A DNA stretch of 63,281 nt, filler included, from Phoronis australis (taxonomy: Eukaryota; Animalia; Phoronida): assembly GCA_002633005.1 (NCBI GenBank). It is 4 parts of 4 records of this genome, joined end to end, with 100 filler letters (N's around TTAATTAATTAA, not from the genome) between each part and the next. Parts side by side here need not be neighbours in the genome. Positions count along the whole stretch, not along the records: positions 1 to 15,790 come from NMRA01001434.1; 3 more parts are not named here. One strand, written 5' to 3'. Within the stretch, counting starts at the first letter, position 1. Each line of letters opens with the position of its first letter. Both the position numbers and the translations under genes were made by a program. Below are positions 1 through 13,647 of this stretch, one piece after another. The notes under the pieces were generated by a model. That model had not been told where the DNA came from. It made no database searches and saw only the letters and a list, made by a program, of their open reading frames with translations.

Positions 1-149
1 CAGCTACTTAGTTTGAAAGTCAGTTACTTTTATCATTTTAATTAGTGATTAGTCAGTTTAGAGTTATGTGAATGCTATCAATATCAAGCCAATGTGAGTC
101 TTTTACGTGATGTCGAGTGGTACAAAACTGCCACTTGTTAATCAGTCCT

Positions 150-2005
150 GGTAATTATTTACAATATGACGACTTTGACTTACACATATGATTTTGGTAT
201 CGTTCGATTCCTTTCATCGTTATCTTTCCAAAAATATATGAATATATCCCCTACCGCGTTTCCTCCGTATTTTATCGTCGAATTTCGGTTCGCACTATTT
301 CCTGATTGACACCGCCATGTTAGCTCAACTCAAGATTACAGCGACACCTCTTGTTAATGAATGAAACAGCATCCTCGATTCTGAATGGTGTTTGCCCGTG
401 CGAGATTCCTGCTAAAGTTTTCCCGACATAATATGGAGAAACATGTAGCGGCATTTTACCTTTTCCAAATTTTTTACAATTGACCATTTGACCATTTTTC
501 CTCGAAAATTGTTTGAAGTGAAACCCTTTTCACCAAGTTGGACCTAAAAAACAACCTCCGCTTTTTCATGGATTCTTGCTTGCAGATGTGTACCAGGGTC
601 ACCATAGGATCGAATTCGAACCCTTGGTACCGTAACGCAGGCAGGGGATAGATGGGTCTCGGTCAATTTGAACCTATGAAAAGCGACAATCTGCAGAAGT
701 CGGTAGATTAGTTCAGTTTTTGGCCGCCAGGTGACTCTTTCCATTCCAACATGGCGGTGTTGCAACCGAGTACCGGGAAATAGTGCGATCAGAAATTTCG
801 CGATAAAATCAGGGCTTGGAATTTTCCGCGGAAACGCGGATTTCCGCTTTTTTTAAATGTGCTTTCCGCTTTTTTTATAATATTTCCGCGTAAAAAAATC
901 GGATTTGATATGAAATTTCCGCGGCAAATTCCTTTCTTACCGCGGCGTTGCAGACGACGTTCACCTCGGAAAGCGGAAGTCTTTATGTTTCGGAGGAACG
1001 TAAATGGTCAACATTGCCGGGGCATCTGGGTAAAGCGTGGTCTGATTTTCAATGGCGGCTCGTGTTATTGTTAAGCGTGGCGACAAATACTACCGCTCTG
1101 CAGCCAAANNNNNNNNNNNNNNNNNNNNNNNNNNNNNNNNNNNNNNNNNNNNNNNNNNNNNNNNNNNNNNNNNNNNNNNNNNNNNNNNNNNNNNNNNNNN
1201 NNNNNNNNNNNNNNNNNNNNNNNNNNNNNNNNNNNNNNNNNNNNNNNNNNNNNNNNNNNNNNNNNNNNNNNNNNNNNNNNNNNNNNNNNNNNNNNNNNNN
1301 NNNNNNNNNNNNNNNNNNNNNNNNNNNNNNNNNNNNNNNNNNNNNNNNNNNNNNNNNNNNNNNNNNNNNNNNNNNNNNNNNNNNNNNNNNNNNNNNNNNN
1401 NNNNNNNNNNNNNNNNNNNNNNNNNNNNNNNNNNNNNNNNNNNNNNNNNNNNNNNNNNNNNNNNNNNNNNNNNNNNNNNNNNNNNNNNNNNNNNNNNNNN
1501 NNNNNNNNNNNNNNNNNNNNNNNNNNNNNNNNNNNNNNNNNNNNNNNNNNNNNNNNNNNNNNNNNNNNNNNNNNNNNNNNNNNNNNNNNNNNNNNNNNNN
1601 NNNNNNNNNNNNNNNNNNNNNNNNNNNNNNNNNNNNNNNNNNNNNNNNNNNNNNNNNNNNNNNNNNNNNNNNNNNNNNNNNNNNNNNNNNNNNNNNNNNN
1701 NNNNNNNNNNNNNNNNNNNNNNNNNNNNNNNNNNNNNNNNNNNNNNNNNNNNNNNNNTTTTTAGTCCTCCCGATTTTTATCGCGGAAAGGTTCACATTGA
1801 CCATTTCAAAGGCTGGTTATCGGGCATGATTTGGGCCGTAAAAGTTTCCGCTTTTTTGTCATTGGTCATTCCAAGCCCTGTAAAATACTAAGGGAGCGGG
1901 GTAGGAAAAAAATCGTGGTATTTTTAGAACGATAACGTTGCAAGGAATTGAACAATACCGAAATCATATGTGTAAGTCAGTGTCGTCATATTGTAAATAA
2001 TTACC
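150..2005. mobile_element. Non-autonomous DNA transposon with long (~170 bp) imperfect TIRs and 8-bp TSD; Merlin- or MULE-like
   Basis: The reverse complement of 150-321 aligns with 748-809 + 1887-2005 (the right TIR is interrupted by the 810-1880 insertion). Termini are GGTAATT...AATTACC. TSD TCAGTCCT at 142-149 and 2006-2013. Confidence 0.8.
810..1880. mobile_element. MITE family A copy 1 (CAGGGCTTGGAAT TIR, 6-bp TSD), nested in the 150-2005 element and spanning an N gap
   Basis: 13-bp TIR CAGGGCTTGGAAT / ATTCCAAGCCCTG; TSD TAAAAT at 804-809 and 1881-1886. Confidence 0.8.
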
Positions 2006-2285
2006 TCAGTCCTATAAACCTGAGTATTTTCTGCAACTTATGATAAGCCTTTGCTAAATTGTAAACGTCGGGTTACTTTGTGTGTAAAACTAAAAGTCGA
2101 GTAGACGGTCCCTCTTCAGAGTGGCTGCCAGGATAATGGTAATCAGGTAACGACAAACACTGAGTACCTTTTGAGTGTATGTGGCCACCTTTGGAGGCAG
2201 TTAGATTCTTAAATCCTTACAGCTTAAACAAATCTCACGATCAACGTTTTATTTCAAATGGCAAAGTTCTCCACATCCTGTTTTG

Positions 2286-2359
2286 ACCACTGGCATCTTT
2301 AGCTTCTGATTATCTTCAATATGTATTGGGGACAATCAGAAGCTAAGGACGCTTGTGGT
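2286..2359. repeat. Imperfect 74-bp palindrome (hairpin)
   Basis: The 36-nt arms ACCACTGGCATCTTTAGCTTCTGATTATCTTCAATA and TATTGGGGACAATCAGAAGCTAAGGACGCTTGTGGT are complementary with 7 differences around a 2-nt loop. Confidence 0.7.
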
Positions 2360-4721
2360 TTTGACTTGTCACTGTGTTATCAGTGCTCGAGAAGAGGCAA
2401 AAATGTCCGCTCAGAAGTATGAGTGACTGCACATTTGCCACTCTTATTCCTGGATTTGGGCTCGTGAAAAGTGGCACCCAAAAATATAAAAATTGCAGGA
2501 TGTTACCCGTACGAGTAAGGTCGATTTTTCACCTTGTATTTTTACTATTTCCACTCATATTTTCTATCGTTTCACTCGCAATTCAGAGCCTGCCCGCCGA
2601 CTGCTGGTCACTGGATTTATCATCTGTCAACTACATGCGCATTTAAAAACGTATATTTGCATGCTTCTGGCTATGCTAACGTATAAAGGGAATTAAATGG
2701 TAATGTTATTTTAACATAATCTACTCTAAATGAAGTGCAGCTGTCTCCATTGACAACTAGTGAATGTGAAACCAAAAGGTTCTGCAAATTGGTGACCCTT
2801 GCACTACTGACATACCTTGCGGACTCACATAGCCTGCATCATGCAGTGTCATTCCTCATCACCACGTCACAATACTGGACACGGTTCAGGGATTTGCGGC
2901 GGATCATTTTCTCCTAAAAACTCGTTCTTACAAACATTTGGCGATTTTCAACCTACTTCAAATTCACATCGCCACTATATGTTGTGTTCCTAACTAATTT
3001 GGCCAAGCAATCACATAGATAAGGAATTAGGCTGCAAGTTCCACTTAAAGAATGGTCGAGTTGTTAAAATTGACCCTTGCCAGGACCTAAAGTCTGTCTG
3101 AGATGTTATGCTATGCCACCAATTTAGTATTTAAAAGAACCATTCAGCCCGGCTTACACAATGCCTCACAGTTTTTTTGTCAGAAAGTTTTTCAGTCGTT
3201 CCAGTTACAAAAGTTTGAACAGCGCAAACAGATGGAGGGAGTTTGCGCTTAGATTCATGTTGTTTGCATCTTCAAGGGCTTTGATGACATTCATATTGGC
3301 TGGTCAGTCCTAGATTTTTGGCGGGTATATTTTTTAATTTGTATTTTTCACTTTTTTCAAATTATATATGTAGCTAATCGAATACACGTGTTGTTTAGAG
3401 ATTACCAAAATAATTTTCGTGTCACCGTAGCCTTATGGTTTGGTAAAATCATTTCAAGTTCATGTAATTCAATTTCAAAGGTCACGGGTGACCACAGCGA
3501 CTCAGGCTCAGTGGGTAAGCACCCAAATCTCAATTTTCGGGCTCGTAAGGGCTTTATCATTGTTAATTTGTTTAAAAGGCAATTGTTAAGAGGATGCGTG
3601 ATTTATCAAAACTGCCCGTGCACACGATTACCGGGTTACAGCTGGACATGTGGTTGTCGGCAACTGCGACGACCAAAAATATGCACATACTAGTGAGGTC
3701 AATATTTTACTTGTAGTTTACTTTTCCACTCGTATTCTCGAATGTAAACTCGCTTATTAGCGAGCCCTGTTTGAGTTTAAAATTTGTCGTGGTGAGTTTG
3801 ACTTTCTGGTGTTGAGTTTGAAAACCTATGCAGTGACTGAAATATTGGGAGATTGGTCATTTGTTAAGCAAATAATGACATTTTGGATTTTTGATACAAG
3901 TTAATGCATTTAATCCTAGACTTAACACTTAAACTCCCCATAGTATGTATGGTATGGACATGAACTTTCGAACATGTACGCGAGTTTCAGTCGAGTTTGA
4001 ATTTTCTAGTGTGGAGAATAGTCCCATATTGCGTCAGTGAAATTGAATACTAAGGGTCAAATGGAAAGGTGCAGAGGGTTGTGGGAGGTAACCTGTCTGC
4101 CAGCAATTTTTGGTGATGACAATGTGCTATAAAACCCCTATTCATGGTTGCCTAAAGGTAGTAATGAACCTTGTTATTGTATTGATAGTCATTCCCTGTG
4201 GTATTGTTTGATGACAAAGTGTGACCATGAATAGCTTGCCTGCCTACTGTGTACAGCTGGGCTTAGGGTAGCCTTGGTGTCATGGTACACACTTTATATA
4301 CCTTTGAATCTCTCTGGGTAAAAAGTGAGCAAAATAAAATGGGACACAAAATTAGTGTTGTTTCAAAACTACACTTTAGTATCAGCAAACTGAAAATCCT
4401 TGGCAAGTATTGCTTTGGTGAAGTTGTCACCATTATATGAATACTAAACCAAAAAACTGTGCAAATAGAATGCCGTGTCATTGGAATGCCGTTTTGAAAG
4501 GAAAGTCGAATTGTATTTCTTTTATCGGTCATTACAATTAAAGTGGTTGCCATTTGAATGTCAGAGTTGCAAAAATTTACTCACGGGCGGTTGTGCCACA
4601 TTTCAATTAAGTTTTGTGACAAACTGGAAAAGTGAGCTCCGCTTAAATTGACAACTTTTTACCCATATTGATTCCTAGCTGTGTTTTGTCGTTAAGTCAC
4701 CTACAGTCAGCTGTTTGCTTA

Positions 4722-5239
4722 GGGCTGTTCCAGCAAAATCNATTTAAATTTAAAATGGCTGGTGGTCGTACTTCAACAAAAAAAAAAAAAGGTACAAATC
4801 GTTGTTGTTTCATTGGGCCATAAATGTTTGATGGTGGGTAATTTTAGTAAATTTTATAAACATTCCGTACAGAATCAAAAACTGAAACAAAAATGCAACT
4901 TGCAAAAAGCTCCGACTTTTTCACTCCCTCCGATCTCCTCATTTGCATGCCCATAACACCATTTAACCACAGGTGCTCGAATTTCTCGATGGCTAATAAC
5001 CATATATAAGAAACATATGTTTTCTTAGTAATGAATGACGTTAGTGGTGATGGAGGAACAGATAAACTCAAGCGCCTGCGCAGTCAACCACAAGAACAAA
5101 AAAAAATATGTGTGGTTGCATTTCAAACTTATAAAAAATTACAGGTGGTAGGCTGAAGAAATAAATGAAAAATATGGGTGGTGGGTGCGAAAAAAAGGTG
5201 CCTTCCCCCCCTCCCATACAGATTTTACTGGAACAGCCC
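4722..5239. mobile_element. MITE family B copy 1, PIF/Harbinger (Tourist)-like
   Basis: TIR GGGCTGTTCCAG(C/T)AAAATC; 3-bp TSD TTA at 4719-4721 and 5240-5242; near-identical second copy at 9148-9698. Confidence 0.85.
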
Positions 5240-5426
5240 TTAGGACAAGTGTTGCCTAAAATTATTCTTGTTATGTCATCATTTGTTCACCAGTTTAAGA
5301 TGTAAGCTCGGCTAATCATTGCCAAATGGCATGCTAGGTATGGTCAGGTGTCTAAATTTGATTCGCTGTTTCTGTTAGCACGCCCATTAGGCGGAGGCTT
5401 GAGAGGTGGTCTGTGTCAATAGTTAG

Positions 5427-5720
<294 letters not shown>

Positions 5721-5880
5721 TAATAACCATTAGGGCGGCAAAATTCTTGTTAGAGAATGGCTCAGCCACATTGCTAACTGGCCTGTTAATTCCCCTGCAT
5801 TCTCGGTCATCAGGGGAGACAACTCTGACATTGAATTTGGTTTCTGCCCAGTCGTCACGATGGGTAATTCCCGGTCTTTN

Positions 5881-5969
5881 CCTGGCAATGTTCATCAGTA
5901 AAGCAATACTTGAGGATCTTGACAGCATCAAACTGCACATATTTGTAGCACTTGTGCATGCTAACGGTA
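5881..5969 (+). repeat. ~90-bp segment duplicated at ~15700-15790 (contig-end overlap)
   Basis: CCTGGCAATGTTCATCAGTAAAGC...CATGCTAACGGTA occurs right after the n at 5880 and again right before the gap at 15791, differing by a 2-bp indel. Confidence 0.9.
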
Positions 5970-6004
5970 ATTCTTATCTTTGGATGATTAGATTCACTAA
6001 CGTA

Positions 6005-6697
6005 CAGTACAGACACTGAATTATTAGACTCTCTCCGGTCTAGCCACCCGTGACCGTAACCGGAGACAGACCGGAGAGTGAGACGTGAATCAACCGTGAC
6101 AACTGGCGTGAGCCTAAGCGTGACTGTACCCGGAGCTTACCGTGAGTTAGGCGTGAACGAAGCGCGAGCCAGCCGTGAGCCAGGTGTGAGTTTACCTGCA
6201 TCGCAGATGAAAAAGTAATTTATTAAAATTATATCAGTAACTAGCAGTGATGTGTGTATTCTCATAGATTTTTGCTCATGTGAGGTTTAATTTTTTTTTT
6301 AAATCGTTACGTTCAGTAAAACACCAAAATTTCCGTCTCAAATCTTAAGTTACTTCAGGAAACAGACCTGTGGACTTTACTTTTCACTTATATATAATTG
6401 TTTGTTTTTATATAAAATAATAAAGAATTTTAGCACGAGTGTACATGGCGGAAATATTCAATTGCCTTCACTATATGAAGGAGCGTAGCATGTCAATTCT
6501 GAGCACATTGATCGCAAGTTCCGGCATCATGCTTGAGAAAAGCATTAACTAAACCGGAGGTAAGTGTGAGGACTACCAGGAGAGTAGGCGTGAGGCGACC
6601 ATGACTGATTTCTGTCACGCCTGTGTTCCGGTTGCGCTCCGGTCTGGCCAGGCGTGAGGTAGCCCGGACGAAGTCTAAAAATTCAGTGGCTGTACTG
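6005..6697. mobile_element. Tc1/mariner-type MITE with long imperfect TIRs and internal CGTGA repeats
   Basis: TA|CAGTACAGACACTGAATTATTAGACT ... AGTCTAAAAATTCAGTGGCTGTACTG|TA; TA TSDs at 6003-6004 and 6698-6699. Confidence 0.8.
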
Positions 6698-7040
6698 TAT
6701 CTTTTGGTGCGGAAATGACACCACATTTCTTACATCAGTGTCCATTGAACGTGAGGTGGCATGTGCTGTGAAATTGCAAGTGGTCACATAGCCAGTAGCG
6801 ATACAGTTTTAATTGTTGAAAACCCTGCCTTTATACAAATTAAGCTGGTCACTTATTGATAACCCTCTAAGTGTAGGACAAAAGTACAATCAGGCACAAG
6901 TGTGCGAGGTATCAAGTTATGCATCTTTTAAGCTCTTATGTACAACCTTAATTGTCATTTCTTCATTTTTTGCTTTCATGTTTGCATGACATGAGGTTTG
7001 AAACCTGAAATATTAAACATCTACATCTTCCACCTTTCAG

Positions 7041-7124
7041 CGAGATCTGGATTTCTCAGTCGACATTGATTTCAATGGAGAACTGTCTCAGATGCAGGAA
7101 TCCATCCACTACAAGATGCGTTAA
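7041..7124 (+). CDS. PRMT1: PRMT1 terminal coding exon (RDLDFSVDIDFNGELSQMQESIHYKMR*)
   Basis: Matches the PRMT1 C-terminus (RDLDF...Y.MR*); acceptor CTTTCAG ending 7040; TAA at 7122-7124. It lies upstream of exons that should precede it. Confidence 0.92.
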   Translation, partial: RDLDFSVDIDFNGELSQMQESIHYKMR

Positions 7125-8019
7125 CAGTTCCCGCCCGCGGGGTTGTGCTGGAGACGTACAGTGCCCTCTAGGGTCTGGTGTATGAGGTTATGACTGAAGT
7201 TCTCATCAAAATGCAGAACTTCGCAGATTCTTACTGGAAGTAAATTGTGACTGGAGGGTGTGAAAATGTTCACAACATGTCAATATTACAATATACATAG
7301 TTGTCTGTAAGTTACCAGTGCTTTGTATTGTTCTCAGTGCTGTGGATGTCTGGAAGTAGAACCTTGTGACACAAACAAAAACATTTGGGACTGCTTCGGT
7401 TCTTTACTTTCGAGAGACTCTTGGTGTATTTCTGACATTGGGGTAAGATTTTTTTTTTCGGACAACTAGTAAACGAGACATTTTTCAAGCACTTAAGACA
7501 GTACAGTTCTCAAGCATTTTGTTGAACAGTGGATGTGGACAACATGGTGACATCTGGAGGAGGGCAGGAAGCGGTCATCTATCGTGTGAGGAAGGTTAGA
7601 TGTTCGGAACTGTTGTCTAGACATCTGGCATTGTTCGTTGCTCTAAATATTTGCTAATTGTCTGGCAATTGCTTAAAATTAAAAAAAAAAAGTTTAATAG
7701 GCAGTCTTGTCACGAAATATTAACTCTTAGTTTTGTTGAGGAATTAGTCAAAATAGAATCTTGTGTTCTGCCATTTTGTGTTCTGAACTCACTGTTGCAG
7801 GCTGTTAGTGTTCGCCCTCTCAATATTGGGCTGTAACCAGCGAACCTTCATTGAAATGCGCTGGTTTCATTCCCTGTCGTACAAAAGAACAAAGGTGTCG
7901 GTCCCATGTTGCTGTGATTTTGGTTATTGGGACCTTTCTTAATCGACTTCTTAAATTATATTGTACCTGTTTTGTTGATTAGACAATGCTATGTACGTTT
8001 TTACTGGTGTATTCGAAAT

Positions 8020-8025
8020 AATAAA
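8020..8025 (+). terminator. Candidate PRMT1 polyadenylation signal AATAAA
   Basis: AATAAA about 900 bp after the stop codon, followed by a GT/T-rich tract. Confidence 0.5.
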
Positions 8026-9058
8026 ACTGCATACTTTCGTTAGTGGGTTTTCTCTGTTTGCCGTGATCTAGGCGACTGGGGGTTGGAGGGTGGTGTGTAG
8101 CGACGGCCAATCAAAACAGCTCTGATTGCCTTGGGAAACCCATTCTTAAACGTGTAAGAGGTTAATGTGATTAAGGACTTCCCTAAGTGATGGGAGTGGG
8201 TCCTTTTTTCTGTAAATGGCTATGCTCTAGTTTCAAAATTAGTTGTGGGTAGATTACCCTATTGTGTTATGTGTATTGTAATTGTGAAGTGTTCTAAAAT
8301 GTTTCAAATCTGAGAAGTGTATCACTTGAGCCTGATGGCTGTCAGGCACGCAAACACCGGCACAGGCATACATATCATTTACCTCTGGCTTAGTATTCCT
8401 GTGTGGTGCACCTTATAATTACATGTAGATGCCAACTGGTGCAGTGGGGTGTGTAAAAGTGCTATTTTTGGGCAGAAATGTTAATTGGTGGAGTGCTCCC
8501 TGTATAATGTTCAGTGACGGAGACCACGTAATGCCGATTGCTAGCACTAGCGGAGCTAGGATGACGTAAGGGGGCTACCACACTTCGGGAAAAAGTTGAC
8601 TGTGACGGTAGACCTAAAGAAAGCTTGTCCGACGGTTTTTCTGTTTGTGGTGGGCCGAGACACGAACGGTGATGAGTCCAGTCTTCTGATGGTACACATT
8701 TTTGCTACATAATCTGTATACGTTGAACATCGTACCGGCTATGCACCTCAGTGTTTCGTAACCATCTGATTGCGCCTCCGCTAGTACCCAACGCCACCTG
8801 GACTGTCGTGTTGTTCGGTCATCGTGAGTGTGGGTGTAGCTGACTGTTGGAACCGTCTGCATGAAATTCATCTCGTTTCTGCTGAAGTTTGACTGAAGCA
8901 GTTCAAGTCATTAATATAGTTTTATTATTAGAGTACCTGCTTTCATAGCTCCCGTTTCGTTCATAGTTTCAAATTTTCACGGATGTCGCGTTTTAAAAGC
9001 TGTTGATGACTAGCGAATCTAGCATGTTGGGAGATAGAGCGACTAACTTTCAAAGGAC

Positions 9059-9850
9059 CACGGCTGTTTTAGAAGGATTTCCTCTTATGATATCGATTTC
9101 CTCGTATTTGATTTCCACTTTCCTCTTTTTTCGTCTTCTTTTTATCAGGGCTGTTCCAGCAAAATCTGTGTGGGAGGGGGGAAGGCAACTGAAATAAAAA
9201 TTTATGGGTGGTTGCGTTTGATTTAATTCAAAATGGCTGGTGGTCGTACTTCATAAAAATAAAAATTTAAAGGTCGTTGTTGTTTCATTGGGCCATAAAT
9301 GTTTGGTGGTGGGTAATTTTAGTAAATTTTATAAACAATCCGCACAGAATCAAAAACTGAAACAAAAACGCAACTTTCAAAAAGCTCCGACTTTTTAACT
9401 CCCTCCGATCTCCTCATCGGCATGCCCATAACACCATTTAACCACAGGTGCTCGAATTTCTCGATGGCTAATAAGAAACATGTTTTCTTAGTAATGAATG
9501 ACGTTAGTGGTGATGGAGGAACAGATGAACTCAGCGCCTGTGCAGTCAACCACAAGAGCAAAAAAAATTACGGGTGGTTGCATTTCAAACTTATAAAAAT
9601 TACGGGTGGTAGGCTGAAGAAATAAATGAAAAATATGAGTGGTGGGTGCGAAAAAAGGTGCCTTCCCCCCTCCCATACAGATTTTACTGGAACAGCCCTC
9701 AATGTTTTACGTTTTGTTCTTGCAAAAACTTAATTTCAGTTAAATTTTACTACACAAAAATATTTCTTTCACACAACCCTATTTATCTGTAGAACGATAC
9801 ATCACCTGGAAAGTTTACCTCTTTTTTGTCATTGATCATTCCAATCCCTG
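9059..9850. mobile_element. MITE family A copy 2 (6-bp TSD), carrying a nested family-B MITE
   Basis: Degenerate left end CACGGCT, right end ATTCCAATCCCTG; TSD AAGGAC at 9053-9058 and 9851-9856; body similar to 15455-15703. Confidence 0.75.
9148..9698. mobile_element. MITE family B copy 2, PIF/Harbinger-like
   Basis: TIR GGGCTGTTCCAG(C/T)AAAATCTGT(G/A)TGGGAGGGGGGAAGGCA; TSD TCA at 9145-9147 and 9699-9701. Confidence 0.88.
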
Positions 9851-10290
9851 AAGGACTAATCTGGGTGACAGCCGGTGCGTTTCTTGTCACTCCTAAGCCT
9901 ATATACATATATTTTTCGGTCCCTAACTTCGGAGACGTTGCAACATTCAATTATGCGTTATGGAGGCTTGTTCTCATATTACTTTATCACTAGAGGAGGG
10001 ACGGGTTTAGAAAGAAGACAATTGATGGCGGGAAGGGGGTTTAGTCTCCTAGAAGGGGGTTTAGACTCATGGTGACGTCATCGTGTGGTTTATCACAGTG
10101 CATACAGAGTCGTTGGTAGGTTCACCTTCAAGCGGAATTGACTTAATTCCAAAACCTGGGCCTGCCGTTTTACAATTCCAAGATTTGATATTACTTCCAC
10201 TACTACTACAGTTACCTTAAAATTATGTACACTGACAAAGGACAACCCCACTACATCACTGCCTATCACTGACAATCATCACAGTGACGA

Positions 10291-10338
10291 GGCGCATTAG
10301 GGCACGATCAGGTGCACCTGATCGTGCCCTAATGCGCC
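10291..10338. repeat. Perfect 48-bp palindrome
   Basis: GGCGCATTAGGGCACGATCAGGTG|CACCTGATCGTGCCCTAATGCGCC, with no spacer and no mismatch. Confidence 0.95.
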
Positions 10339-10765
10339 ATCTGGTCGAAAAAGTAGAAACCCACCACCAGGGGACGCCACATTTGTCATATCCGTTCGAA
10401 AATCAACGTCTGTCTGGAACACACAAGTTGACAACTGAACTGCTTAGTTTGAAGTGATCATTTGAGCAATTTGGCAGATAAAGAGGAGAACGCCAAAAAC
10501 GCCGAAATAATAAAAATGGTCACTAGGTGACGCAGAATATGTCGAATCCACCCGCCCATCAAAAGGAGTTGTTGTTACTGCCAATTTTCATTAAGATTCA
10601 TTCGTGAACTAGATAACAGAGCCAAACGTAAAAAAATAATTTTAGGGAAGAGAGCGATAGTCGGATCGGCCCAGGTTAACATTACTACGCGATGAGAAGT
10701 GGGACAAAGGTCAAGCTTGTTTTTCTCACAAAAGGCCAATTTGGTGGTGAGGACTGAAAATTTGA

Positions 10766-11041
<276 letters not shown>

Positions 11042-11430
11042 TAAAATTGTTACAATGACTATTGGAGTTTAGTGTACTGCAGTTTGTGAGTGTTTTGTCA
11101 CTCTGGCATCTGGGTGACACCAGGGTTGCTGGCTGCCCACTGGTGTTTATCATACATCAGCCATCTTCTGTATGTCCAGGTTTGGCCCAGTCGACAACAG
11201 AGTTGTCAGCTGTACGGGACATGTATACACTGTGAAATTCAGATCTACCAGGTGATGAATGTTTTTAGGAAGTGGACACATGAATTGAAATAAGATGATA
11301 CAACATCGATTTCTCTCAATCCACCCCAGCCTAGTATAGCGTAAAACCATTGACTAAATATTTTAGCAAGTTGTAATTAATTTAAAGAGTTTATCACACC
11401 CACAGTTCCATTGCACCTAAATGTAACTGA

Positions 11431-11745
<315 letters not shown>

Positions 11746-11793
11746 TAACTGTTTGTCGTCAAAAAGTTGCTGAGATTAAAATGTTGCATCAAG

Positions 11794-11937
11794 ATCATGG
11801 TCCATACTTGAATGGCTACCATATATTCAGTTACTGTTGTCATCAATTTTCAGTGCTCAGTTTAGTATCATGGTCCATACTTGTATGGCTACCATATATT
11901 CAGTTACTGTTGTCATCAATTTTCAGTGCTCAGTTTA
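11794..11937. repeat. 73-bp tandem duplication (2 copies)
   Basis: ATCATGGTCCATACTTG(A/T)ATGGCTACC...GCTCAGTTTA starts at 11794 and at 11867. Confidence 0.95.
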
Positions 11938-13525
11938 TTCTTGGCAGTTCTCAGTTGTCCAGCCATGAACACAATGGATTCACTACCCTATGTTCTTGGA
12001 TTCAATGTTCTTTTTTGACAATTGGTTTCAATATTTTTACAGAATTTCTTCTTTATTTTATGACTAGATGCCTTTTCTTCATTATGCTAATAGTCCAACC
12101 AAAAGTTTGTATTCTGTTATGATTAATTTGGCAGCTGTAACAATTTCTTTTCAGATGAATTTTCATGATTTCTAGGTGTGCTTGCTCTCAGGAGTCAGTA
12201 AACAGTGATTTGAATATGGGCGTGTTTCAGCTGGTGTTCATGTTTCCCATGTGATGTTTAAATAAATAGAATGGTGTCATTAGCAAGTAGAAGTCTTCTA
12301 TCTTTCAGTGTTCTCCACACCATACTTTAGCTCATTGCAGTGATGACTTTTGACTTTGCTGTGTCTAGTGTGGCTCACCAAGTTTCAAATATGATACGAG
12401 CTTTAAGTCACGGGAAATCAATCATTTGTTAGACTAACGAGCGAATTTTGATTGTTTACCACCAGTCCAGTTTATGGGTTCCTGAGCTTTAGGTAGAAAC
12501 TCCCCACAGTATGAACAGGGATTTTTGAACATTCTGTGATTGCCATCGAATTAGAATCTTCTGTGGTGGAGAATACTATGTTTACACCTTACAGTAGTTC
12601 ATTTATTAATTTGTGCAGCATTTTTAAAATTTATTTTTCTACCTAGACCTGTTCTAAGCAAATTATTTAACAATGTTTTGTGGATATTCAAGGTTCGTTC
12701 ATAGTAAATGAATTGTTGAAGGTAAGGGATGAAAAGCATATCAAAACATGAGAAACAAAAATATTATTGGAGTGTATTAATTGCGGCCGTAATGCTGGAT
12801 GTTGGCTGCACAAGCTTGAAATTTTTATTCACAGTGCCCTCAATGCCTTGGTGTTGGGGCCAAATATCAGTTCCATTCCCCAGTGAAAAATCGCACGCAA
12901 TTATCCTCTTCATGCCCAAAAATTTGATTCCAATGATTAAAAAAATCCCCCAACTTTAGAATCTTTTCTATTTCGCACTGTCCCACGAATTGGTGGAAAA
13001 CACGGATGGGTATTTTCATGTCATCAGACAAAATCCCCTCCGAAGACACAGGAACTTTTTCCTTCAGTTGAGCGAGGGCCCTGATTCCTTAATCTCCATG
13101 TTCATAGGCTGATAAAAAATGACTGTGCTTCCAGAAACCAGGTTTTTTTTCTTCTGGTCATTGTTGTGTGACCTGACCGTTGTTATCCACTTGTACAATA
13201 CTGCAAATGATTCTCAGAATATGAATTGTGTTTTTGAGATTTCCAGAAGTCAGATGAAATGTATTCGTGCCAGAAGTATACATTTAAGTCAGTGATTGTG
13301 TTTAAAGTTAAGATTATTTAGGACCTTATTGACAAGTCTTTGTGTAATGCCTAGCATCTACAAAACTATAGGTTTTAAATCTTTAAAAGTAACATGTTTT
13401 CTGAAAGTTGAAAACTTGTGCAATTCGATTTTTTGAGGTATGATTTTAAGTTAGCCAAATTTAGTCATTTTTCTAGGGACCTGCTTGAACTTAAACTTTA
13501 AGTTTCATGTATACCCGCCTTTCAG

Positions 13526-13647
13526 GACCCCACGGTCCATACACCCACTGGAAACAGACGGTGCTGTACTTAGATGGCTATCTCACGGTGAAATGCAACG
13601 AGGAGATAAACGGCATGTTCTCCATGAAACCCAACCCCAAAAACTAT
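13526..13647 (+). CDS. PRMT1: PRMT1 THW-loop exon, variant A ([41 protein letters not shown])
   Basis: 122 nt, phase 1/0, TTTCAG acceptor, GTGAGT donor, intact THW motif. Confidence 0.9.

Noticed and set aside
312-757. Divergent AACATGGCGG (YY1/Kozak-like) motifs suggesting a bidirectional promoter or the PRMT1 start
   Set aside because: Both are the inner ends of the TIRs of the 150-2005 transposon, and the + strand ATG hits a stop after 10 codons.
948-1891. Long ORFs in the ORF track (also 20029-20574)
   Set aside because: They consist almost entirely of X translated from N gaps.
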